12,738 nucleotides of DNA from Campylobacterota bacterium (GTDB lineage Bacteria; Campylobacterota; Campylobacteria; Campylobacterales; Sulfurimonadaceae). A program made the translations under genes and the position numbers. Below the pieces are notes generated by a model. The model was not told the DNA's origin. It did not search any database and was given only the letters and a program-made list of their open reading frames with translations. The stretch lies in contig JAYEMF010000088.1 in NCBI GenBank assembly GCA_034717975.1, forward strand, positions 1 through 12,738. The letters run 5' to 3'. Positions 1-7,236 of this stretch are shown in pieces (within the stretch, counting starts at the first letter, position 1; every line of letters starts with the position of its first letter).

Positions 1-75
1 CAGTTTCTCTGCAGAAATGGTATTTGGCACAATAATGCCAACAGCGGTGAGCAGAAATAGCAGTTTACTTAACAT
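1..75 (-). CDS. 5' part of a probable secreted/periplasmic protein (runs off the window start)
   Basis: Manual translation from the ATG at 75 gives MLSKLLFLLTAVGIIVPNTISAEKL, which has a Sec signal-peptide pattern. SD-like AGGAG lies on the minus strand at about 82-86. Not in the ORF track because it is truncated. Confidence 0.8.
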   Translation of the reverse strand, partial: MLSKLLFLLTAVGIIVPNTISAEKL

Positions 76-177
76 GAAAAACTCCTCATTACTAATAATA
101 ATACTCCAATGTGATTGAAGAATTTATTAAAAATTAACAATTTTAAGCAAAAAACGTACCTTTTGTAATGTGATGAC

Positions 178-328
178 CATGGTAATTCAAAACTCACCTC
201 AGTTTAAGGTGTACGCTCAGTCATTCCTGCGAAGGCAGGAATCCAAGCCTCAAATACTCAAGATTCCTGCCTTCGCAGGAATGACAGCATGCGCTATTTT
301 ATATAAATCTTAGTTTTGATTCACCATG
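178..328 (+). mobile_element. MITE-like non-autonomous element, copy 1 (151 bp)
   Basis: Terminal inverted repeats CATGGTAATTCAAAACT (178-194) and AGTTTTGATTCACCATG (312-328) match at 15/17. Flanked by an exact 9-bp direct repeat TGTGATGAC (169-177 and 329-337). A second copy lies at 2773-2924. Confidence 0.9.
220..285. repeat. Inverted REP-like doublet inside MITE copy 1
   Basis: GTCATTCCTGCGAAGGCAGGAATC (220-243), an 18-bp spacer, then its exact reverse complement (262-285). Each unit is itself a hairpin, ATTCCTGC-GAAG-GCAGGAAT. Confidence 0.92.
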
Positions 329-366
329 TGTGATGACAGATTGACTATGCATACGTCTGTAATGCA

Positions 367-375
367 TGGTAAAAT
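367..375 (+). promoter_or_regulatory. Putative extended -10 promoter of pepP
   Basis: TGGTAAAAT fits TGnTAnAAT and ends 6 nt before the ATG at 382. No SD in between. Confidence 0.6.
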
Positions 376-381
376 ACTCCC

Positions 382-1698
382 ATGAATGAAGCAATTTATA
401 AAAACAGACGCGATACGCTCTTAGGTCAGATCGATGAAGGCATGGGGGTAGTGCTCTCCGCCCGTAACCAGATGCGCTCGAACGATACGGAACACCCATT
501 TCGGCAGGATAGTAATTTTTACTATCTGAGCGGATTTGAAGAGGACAGGAGTGCGTTGCTGTTTGTCAATGGCGGCGGAGTTAGAAAAGTACTGCTCTTT
601 GTCCAGCCAAAAGATGAGACGATGGAACTCTGGATGGGCAGGCGTACCGGCGTCGATGCCGCAAAAGAGTATTTTGATGTCGATGAGGTTCACAGTATCG
701 ATGAGTTTGAAAACGTTGTAAAAGAGGAGCTGAAAAACAGACGTCGGCTCTACTTCGATCTCTTTGGTGAAGATGAGCAGTACGGTGTCGTTAAAAAGCA
801 GTGTGAACATCTCGTCCATGACCGCAGCAGCAAGGTGTCGCCGAGAATTTTTATCGATATTTCAGAGATGATCCAGACGATGCGGCTGATCAAAGACGAA
901 CATGAGATCACACTGATCAGAGAGGCTGTCAGCATTACAAAAGAGGCACACCATACCGCGATGCGTTCTGCCTCTCCGGGTATCCACGAGTTTACTCTGC
1001 AGGCGGATATTGAACATGTGTTCAGGCAGCACGGGGCACACAGTAACGCCTATATGACGATTGTTGCCGGCGGGAACAACGCCAATACGCTGCACTATAT
1101 CAATAACAGGGAGAGGTTTGGCGAGGATGACCTTGTCCTGATCGATGCCGGATGCGAATTCGAAATGTATGCCAGTGATATTACCCGCACTTTTCCGGTA
1201 AGCGGAAAATTCACACCTCCGCAGCGCGATATTTATGAGATAGTCCTGGATGTTCAGCTGCGCATTATCGCCATAATCAGACCGGGTGTTACCAAACAGG
1301 TGCTGCAGGAGAAGAGTGAGCTCTGGCTGACAGAGGGACTTGTGCATCTTGGGGTGCTGGAGGGTATTGTTTCGGAATTGATCGAAGCCAAAAAGCATAA
1401 AACCTATTTTCCGCACGGTATCGGCCACTGGATGGGAATGGATGTGCACGATCCCTGTCCCTATGTGGATGAAAATGGCGACGAGCTGCCGTTTGAAGCG
1501 GGGATGGTGCTGACGATCGAACCGGGGATCTACATCCGTGAAGATGACGGTGAGGTACCGGAGATATACCGTGGCATCGGTATCCGTACGGAGGACAATA
1601 TTTTAGTGACTGAGGATGGCTGTGAAAACCTCTCTGGAGGCATTGCCAAAACAGTTGATGAGATCGAGGCGATGTGCAATCTTCTATTGGACACGTAA
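382..1698 (+). CDS. pepP: Xaa-Pro aminopeptidase (aminopeptidase P, M24B family)
   Basis: 438 aa. N-terminal PFRQDSNFYYLSGF motif. Metal-ligand motifs LIDAG, YASDITRTFP, HGIGHWMGMDVHD, TIEPGIY and GIRTEDNILVT. Confidence 0.96.
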   Translation: MNEAIYKNRRDTLLGQIDEGMGVVLSARNQMRSNDTEHPFRQDSNFYYLSGFEEDRSALLFVNGGGVRKVLLFVQPKDETMELWMGRRTGVDAAKEYFDVDEVHSIDEFENVVKEELKNRRRLYFDLFGEDEQYGVVKKQCEHLVHDRSSKVSPRIFIDISEMIQTMRLIKDEHEITLIREAVSITKEAHHTAMRSASPGIHEFTLQADIEHVFRQHGAHSNAYMTIVAGGNNANTLHYINNRERFGEDDLVLIDAGCEFEMYASDITRTFPVSGKFTPPQRDIYEIVLDVQLRIIAIIRPGVTKQVLQEKSELWLTEGLVHLGVLEGIVSELIEAKKHKTYFPHGIGHWMGMDVHDPCPYVDENGDELPFEAGMVLTIEPGIYIREDDGEVPEIYRGIGIRTEDNILVTEDGCENLSGGIAKTVDEIEAMCNLLLDT

Positions 1699-1787
1699 AA
1701 TGAGCAAAGCCCATTTCACTACGCTTGCCGCTGTGGCACTAAAGCTTGCCCCATTCGGGGCAGAGAATATCTTGTCAATTTATAATT

Positions 1788-2756
1788 ATGAGTGATTACA
1801 TTGTAAGATGCTTCAGATCGGAGCCGATGGTAGAGATCATACGATGGTTACGGGAAAATCTTGAAGGTGTAGCGGCCGGTGAGACGATTGGTTTTGAAGT
1901 CCTCGATCCCGATTGCGCCAAGGGTGTTTATGCCGGCGAAATAGTCAGCGTAGAAGGAGAGAAGTTCTGTTACCGCGGCTACAAGGCGTGGACCGATCTG
2001 GCCGAACTCCTCTTTTGCAGAATGCTCACCCCTGAAAAAAGAGGTGATGCGACAGTTCGATTGCGATTTGAAAAGCTGGACCTGACGGACTCTTTTCATC
2101 GATCCGGGGATGTGGAGAAAGCGGAAAAATATGGTGTCGATTCACCCTTTTTCGCTATCAATAAGAGTGAAGAACCTGCTTTTCTGGCTGCACATATTCA
2201 GGCTTTGGAAAGTGTCAAGATAGGAAGCAGGAAGCGGGTACTAAACCTTGGTGTCAATACCGGTGATGAGTTTGAACTGATCAAGACAGTTGCAGGTGAG
2301 CAGTTCGAAGAGATCAGCCTGGTCGGCATCGATCACTCCTCTTCAGCGATAGCCTATGCCAAAGAGCGGTTTCCCCAAACCAATGTAGAGTTCTATGCGC
2401 ATGATATCAATAAACTTGATGACCTTGCCCTTGGCCGGTTCGATCTGATCGTCAGCATCGGAACCCTGCAAAGCCCCGGCATCGAATTCAAACCGCTGTT
2501 TATGTCCCTGGTTCAAAACTATCTCGAACCGAACGGATCTGTGATCTTGGGGTTTCCAAACTGCCGCTGGATGGGCGGTGAGATGATCTATGGGGCGAAA
2601 GCACCCAACTACGCCCACTCGGAGCAGTCACTGCTCTATAAAGATGTCCATTTTTGCAAGAAGTATCTGCAGCAGAAAAAGTTTCGGGTGACGTTGACAG
2701 GCAAACCCTACCTCTTTTTGACGGCAACACCTATTGGCGTTAAAAAAACCAACTAA
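1788..2756 (+). CDS. Class I SAM-dependent methyltransferase with an N-terminal extension, substrate unknown
   Basis: Motif-I-like VLNLGVNTGDE, acidic end of beta-2 (GIDHS), HDIN, and FDLIVSIGTLQ. Start is uncertain: the track's TTG at 1746 sits in a hairpin, so ATG 1788 or ATG 1827 is more plausible. Confidence 0.82.
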   Translation: MSDYIVRCFRSEPMVEIIRWLRENLEGVAAGETIGFEVLDPDCAKGVYAGEIVSVEGEKFCYRGYKAWTDLAELLFCRMLTPEKRGDATVRLRFEKLDLTDSFHRSGDVEKAEKYGVDSPFFAINKSEEPAFLAAHIQALESVKIGSRKRVLNLGVNTGDEFELIKTVAGEQFEEISLVGIDHSSSAIAYAKERFPQTNVEFYAHDINKLDDLALGRFDLIVSIGTLQSPGIEFKPLFMSLVQNYLEPNGSVILGFPNCRWMGGEMIYGAKAPNYAHSEQSLLYKDVHFCKKYLQQKKFRVTLTGKPYLFLTATPIGVKKTN

Positions 2757-2772
2757 GGACAGCATCTGCCTG

Positions 2773-2924
2773 CACGGTAAATCAAAACATAAGATTTATA
2801 TAAAATAGCGCATGCCGTCATTCCTGCGAAGGCAGGAATCTTGAGTATTTGAGGCTTAGATTCCTGCCTTCGCAGGAATGACAGAGCGTACACCTTAAAC
2901 AGAGGTGAGTTTTGAATTACCATG
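2773..2924 (-). mobile_element. MITE-like non-autonomous element, copy 2 (152 bp, inverted relative to copy 1)
   Basis: Its reverse complement aligns to 178-328 with 6 substitutions and a 1-bp indel (manual count). Ends CACGGTAAATCAAAAC and GTTTTGAATTACCATG match at 14/16. Exact 9-bp flanking duplication ATCTGCCTG at 2764-2772 and 2925-2933. Confidence 0.9.
2817..2882. repeat. Inverted REP-like doublet inside MITE copy 2
   Basis: The same 24-mer at 2817-2840 and its reverse complement at 2859-2882, with an 18-bp spacer. The preceding C makes a CGTC start at 2816. Confidence 0.92.
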
Positions 2925-3000
2925 ATCTGCCTGCCATTATCAGGAAAAATGAAAGTAAATAAGAGTAAGATTAGTTATTATCCGGGGTTAAAGGCTTTCT

Positions 3001-5235
3001 GTGCCGACAAAAAGACGGTTTCGTTACATATATTTTTCAGTGCTCCTTTTCTGGACAAGTATTGTTGGCGTGATGTATATCACAATGATCAATATGGAGC
3101 AGGAGAAAGCGGAAGAGATAGGGATCAACACTGCTCGTGCCGCTTTGACACAAGATAAGATTTTCCGTTTCTGGGCTACTTCGCACGGTGGCCTCTATGT
3201 TCCCGTTACCAAAAAAACCCCGCCTAACCCCGCTCTTGCACATCTTCCCCACCGTGATCTGAATGTGGCCGACAAAAATCTGACGCTGATGGATCCCGCT
3301 TATGCACTGCGACAGATGATGAATGAGTATGAGGGGCTTTACGGGTTGAAAGGACACATTACCAGTCTGAAACTGCTCAATCCGAACAATGCCCCCGATA
3401 CATGGGAAAAAAGTGTACTTGAGGGTTTTGAAAATGGTATAAAGATAGAGGAAAAACATATTTATACGGAAAAAGGGACGGTCCCTGTTCTAAGGGTATT
3501 TGAGCCGCTGATAACGAAAAAAGGGTGTCTGAAGTGCCATGACTTTCAAGGGTATAAGGTTGGTGACGTCCGCGGCGGGGTATCGGTGACGCTGCCGATG
3601 ACCGAAATTTACGACAAAAAAGAGCAGAACATTATGAAGCTGATGAGTTTGCACGCTTTGGTCTGGCTCTATGGAGTCCTTTTCATCAGCTATTTTTACC
3701 GTAAGACGTTACAAAGTAACACTGAACAGCAGCAGCTCAATGAAGAACTCGTAAAAAAAGAACATTTTCTACGGACACTGATCGATACGGACAGCAATCT
3801 TATTATCACCAATTTTCAGCGAAACATTCATCTGGCCAACCAGGCTGCACTCGATTTCACCGGCTATGCCACGCTTGAAGCGTTCAAGAAAGAACATAAC
3901 TGCATCTGTGACCTTTTTGAAGAGAAAGAGAACTGCCTTCAAGAGCAGATGGGAGAGCTGTACTGGATCGAGTATGTATTGGCAACTCCGGAGCAGAGGC
4001 ATCATGTCTGTATGAAAAAAGGGAAGCGTGAACATATCTTCAATATAGTGGTCAAGCAGATGGATATGGAGGGAGAGGAGCAGTATATTGTCGTCTTTAA
4101 CGATATTTCCGAACTGCTGCACTCTCAGGAAAACCTGGCACTGGCACAGCATATTGCAAATGTCGGTCACTGGGAACTGGATCTGCAAAATAATGAACTC
4201 CATTGGTCGGATGAGGTTTACCGGATTTTCGGGGTTGACAAAGCGGAGTTCGATCTCAGCTATAAGGCGTTTATCGAGATGATCCATCCTGATGACCGGA
4301 CGATGGTTGACGAAGCCTATCAGGACTCCCTCGAAAGCCAAGAGGAGTATCGTGTGATCCATCGCATCATACATCCGGATACGCATGAAGAGAAGATCGT
4401 CGAAGAGCGGTGTGAACACTACCATGACAGTGAAGGCAAGGTGATCCGTTCACTTGGTACTATACAGGATATTACCGAACGCAAAAGACTTGAAGAGCAG
4501 TTGCATGAGAAAGAGGAGATGATGCTCGCACAGTCGCGACACGCCGCGATGGGAGAGATGATCAGCATGATCGCCCATCAGTGGCGCCAGCCTATTACGG
4601 TGATCGCCATGGGGGCCAACAATCTGCTGGCCGATGTCGAACTCGAAGATGTACAGCCTGAAAGTGTCAGGCAGAGTGCGGCGTTGATGCTGGAGCAGAC
4701 CCACCACCTCTCCAAGACGATCGACGATTTCAAAAACTTCTTCCGACCGAACAAAAAAACGGAGATGACTCTGGTCAATGATGTCCTGGAAGAGAACTTT
4801 TCCATTGTCGGCAAGAGTCTGGAAAATCATAATATCGCGGTAGAAAAAGAGTATAACAGTGTGACACCGATCCCCATCTTCTCCAGGGAGCTGCTGCAGG
4901 TCTTCATCAATATCCTCAAAAACGCCAAGGAGGCGCTGATAGAGAAGGAGATCAAAGAGCCGCTGATCTCGGTCGCTACCCGTGAAGATGAAGAGCATGT
5001 CTATATATCGATCTGCGACAACGGAAAAGGGATTGATCCGGCGATACTCGCAAAAATCTATGATCCCTACTTTTCGACAAAAGATGAGAAGATCGGTACC
5101 GGACTGGGACTTTATATGAGTAAAACTATCGTAGAAAAGCATTTGAAGGGTATAATAAAAGCAGAAAACCGCGAAGAGGGCGGTATCTGTTTTGAGATAT
5201 CTCTACCTAAAAAAGGAGTGTCAGACAATGAGTAA
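3001..5235 (+). CDS. Membrane sensor histidine kinase: periplasmic heme-c (DUF3365/Tll0287-like) domain, PAS, PAS, HisKA, HATPase
   Basis: Two hydrophobic helices flank a periplasmic region with HGGLYVP, ITSLKLLNPNNAPDTWE and CLKCH...GDVRGGVSV. PAS motifs VGHWELDL...WSDEVYRIFG...IHPDD...QDITERK. H-box IAHQWRQP, N-box NILKNA, DNGKG, PYFSTK and GTGLGLY. Confidence 0.93.
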   Translation: MPTKRRFRYIYFSVLLFWTSIVGVMYITMINMEQEKAEEIGINTARAALTQDKIFRFWATSHGGLYVPVTKKTPPNPALAHLPHRDLNVADKNLTLMDPAYALRQMMNEYEGLYGLKGHITSLKLLNPNNAPDTWEKSVLEGFENGIKIEEKHIYTEKGTVPVLRVFEPLITKKGCLKCHDFQGYKVGDVRGGVSVTLPMTEIYDKKEQNIMKLMSLHALVWLYGVLFISYFYRKTLQSNTEQQQLNEELVKKEHFLRTLIDTDSNLIITNFQRNIHLANQAALDFTGYATLEAFKKEHNCICDLFEEKENCLQEQMGELYWIEYVLATPEQRHHVCMKKGKREHIFNIVVKQMDMEGEEQYIVVFNDISELLHSQENLALAQHIANVGHWELDLQNNELHWSDEVYRIFGVDKAEFDLSYKAFIEMIHPDDRTMVDEAYQDSLESQEEYRVIHRIIHPDTHEEKIVEERCEHYHDSEGKVIRSLGTIQDITERKRLEEQLHEKEEMMLAQSRHAAMGEMISMIAHQWRQPITVIAMGANNLLADVELEDVQPESVRQSAALMLEQTHHLSKTIDDFKNFFRPNKKTEMTLVNDVLEENFSIVGKSLENHNIAVEKEYNSVTPIPIFSRELLQVFINILKNAKEALIEKEIKEPLISVATREDEEHVYISICDNGKGIDPAILAKIYDPYFSTKDEKIGTGLGLYMSKTIVEKHLKGIIKAENREEGGICFEISLPKKGVSDNE

Positions 5236-5626
5236 GCTGCAGCAACTTCAAGAGAGCATGGGTGCTCTTAAAGTGTTATATGTTGAAGATGAAGAGGGTG
5301 TACGTGAGCAGACGCTTATATTTTTAAAGAAGATATTTAAAAATATTGACAGTGCATCGAACGGGGAAGAGGGGTTGGAACGCTTTAAAGAGAAAGCGTA
5401 TGACCTTGTCATCAGCGATCTGAAAATGCCGAAAATGAACGGTCGTGAGATGCTGAGGCAGATTCATGAACTTGACAAAGATGCCGTTTTGATTGTTATG
5501 ACGGCATCGGACAGCAATATGGACGCTTCGGAGACGGTGTCGGATGCCTATTTAAAAAAACCGGTCATGTTTATGGATTTTGTCGAAGTACTAGAATCCA
5601 TGAAAGAGCGGCTGCAAAAAAGGTGA
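5228..5626 (+). CDS. Single-domain response regulator (REC only)
   Basis: VLYVEDE, phosphoacceptor SDLKMP, MTA and KKP motifs, no output domain. Start set at ATG 5228 (AAGGAG upstream), which overlaps the end of the kinase gene. Confidence 0.9.
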   Translation: MSKLQQLQESMGALKVLYVEDEEGVREQTLIFLKKIFKNIDSASNGEEGLERFKEKAYDLVISDLKMPKMNGREMLRQIHELDKDAVLIVMTASDSNMDASETVSDAYLKKPVMFMDFVEVLESMKERLQKR

Positions 5627-5638
5627 GGTGTCATGCAA

Positions 5639-5644
5639 TATAAT
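5639..5644 (+). promoter_or_regulatory. Possible internal -10 box for the HD-GYP gene
   Basis: Perfect TATAAT in the 59-bp intergenic gap. SD-like AGGAAG at 5675-5680. Confidence 0.4.
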
Positions 5645-5685
5645 AGTTTGCGCAAATTAGCCGATAACGGGAACAGGAAGTCTTC

Positions 5686-7212
5686 ATGGTAGATCTCATA
5701 ACACTGCAGTCACTGACTGGACAATTGAGTGTGCTCTATGTGGAAGATGACGTCGGTATCCGCAAAGAAGTAGAACGGTATCTCGCAAAACTTTTTGCTT
5801 CCTTTGATAGTGCCGAAAATGGCCAGCTGGGATGGGAGAAGTATCAAAGCGGCCATTATGATATAGTCCTTTCCGACATATCGATGCCCGTGATGAATGG
5901 ACTGGAGATGAGCAGAAAAATCCGTGAAGCCGATCAAAACCAGGAGATCATCATCGTTTCTGCCTATTCGAGCAGCAGCTATTTTGTCGAATCTATTCAG
6001 ATCGGTGTCAGCGGCTACATTATCAAGCCAATAGACTACAATCAGATGAAAGAGTCCCTCTACCGAAGTGCCGTCAAAATCAATGCGTTGAAAGAGGCGG
6101 AAGATTTTAAACTTCATCTTATTGACAAGGTAGAAGAACGTACTGCCGAACTCAATCAGGCGATCGAGGCTGAACGTCAGCTGCAGTATGAACGCATAGA
6201 TAATTATGAAAAAACCATCTTCTCGTTTATCGAGATGGTGGAACGCCGTGACACCTATACGGCCGGGCACTCCGAACGCGTTGCACGCTATTCAAAAATG
6301 ATTGCCATAGCAATGGGGCATACGGCTGAAGAGTGCGAAAAACTTTATCAGGCAGCCATGCTGCATGATGTCGGAAAGGTGGCGACACCCGATTCGGTGC
6401 TGCTGAAGCCGGGAAAACTGAATGATCTGGAGTTTAAACTGATCCAGGAACATGTAAGTACCAGTTACGATCTTCTGAAACAGATACCTATGTATGAAGA
6501 GTTGGCCGAAATTGTCCATTTTCACCATGAACGACATGACGGGAGAGGGTATCCAACGGGGCTCAAAGGAGATGAGATTCCGCCGTTATCCAGGATCATG
6601 ATCGTAGCCGATGCCTTTGATGCGATGACTACCAGCCGTATCTATAAAGGCCGGATGAGTCTGCAAAATGCGTTAAAAGAGATCGATGAGTTAAAGGGTA
6701 TTCAATTCCATCCGGATGTGGCGGAGAGCGCCATAGCGGTCTTCAAAGAGATTGAACTGGATGAGGGGGTCAATCAGCTTCCGGCAACGGAACTTGAGGA
6801 GGAGCGGTTCGCTTACTTTTTCAAAGATCCGCTTACCGATGTCTACAGCAAGAGTTATCTTGAATTTGTCCTGCTCAGAAACCAGGAGCAGAAGCGTTAT
6901 ACCTATATGTTCGGTCTCTTTATCGGCCACTTTACACATTTTAACGCCACATACGGCTGGGAACGCGGAGACAAGCTACTGGCTGATGTTGCCGAATGGT
7001 TAAAAAAGAGCTATCCCGATACCCTGGTATTTCGCATTCATGGCGATGATTTTCTGCTTTTGAGCGATGTAGCGTTAGATATAGATACGACAGCACTACT
7101 GGCTATGGACGTTGCCCAGGGCAGCGACATTACCATGCAGACACAACAGTATAGGCTCGATGAGCTTGCCATCAATCATGTGGATGATCTGGAAAGTGTC
7201 CTGTTACGCTGA
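5686..7212 (+). CDS. REC / HD-GYP c-di-GMP phosphodiesterase with a C-terminal degenerate GGDEF domain
   Basis: REC: YVEDD, SDISMP, IKP. HD-GYP: TAGHSERV, LHDVGK, HHERHDGRGYP, VADAFDAM. C-terminal DPLT...FNATYGWERGDKLL...RIHGDDF. Confidence 0.92.
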   Translation: MVDLITLQSLTGQLSVLYVEDDVGIRKEVERYLAKLFASFDSAENGQLGWEKYQSGHYDIVLSDISMPVMNGLEMSRKIREADQNQEIIIVSAYSSSSYFVESIQIGVSGYIIKPIDYNQMKESLYRSAVKINALKEAEDFKLHLIDKVEERTAELNQAIEAERQLQYERIDNYEKTIFSFIEMVERRDTYTAGHSERVARYSKMIAIAMGHTAEECEKLYQAAMLHDVGKVATPDSVLLKPGKLNDLEFKLIQEHVSTSYDLLKQIPMYEELAEIVHFHHERHDGRGYPTGLKGDEIPPLSRIMIVADAFDAMTTSRIYKGRMSLQNALKEIDELKGIQFHPDVAESAIAVFKEIELDEGVNQLPATELEEERFAYFFKDPLTDVYSKSYLEFVLLRNQEQKRYTYMFGLFIGHFTHFNATYGWERGDKLLADVAEWLKKSYPDTLVFRIHGDDFLLLSDVALDIDTTALLAMDVAQGSDITMQTQQYRLDELAINHVDDLESVLLR

Positions 7213-7236
7213 AAGAGAGAAACTGGAGTGAGAGAG

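Noticed and set aside
116..147. TTAA repeats as a response-regulator site upstream of the first gene
   Set aside because: The spacing is irregular and the region is very AT-rich, so it cannot be distinguished from chance.
178..328. Integron attC sites flanking gene cassettes
   Set aside because: There are no RYYYAAC/GTTRRRY ends, the copies are inverted rather than direct, and TIRs plus TSDs explain the boundaries better.
220..2882. CRISPR array from the 24-bp palindromic repeats
   Set aside because: The repeats occur as inverted pairs with near-identical 18-bp spacers, not as tandem direct repeats with unique spacers. No cas genes are present.
178..2924. An already-transposed composite transposon carrying pepP and the methyltransferase
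   Set aside because: The outer flanks do not match each other. Each copy has its own TSD, which indicates separate insertions.
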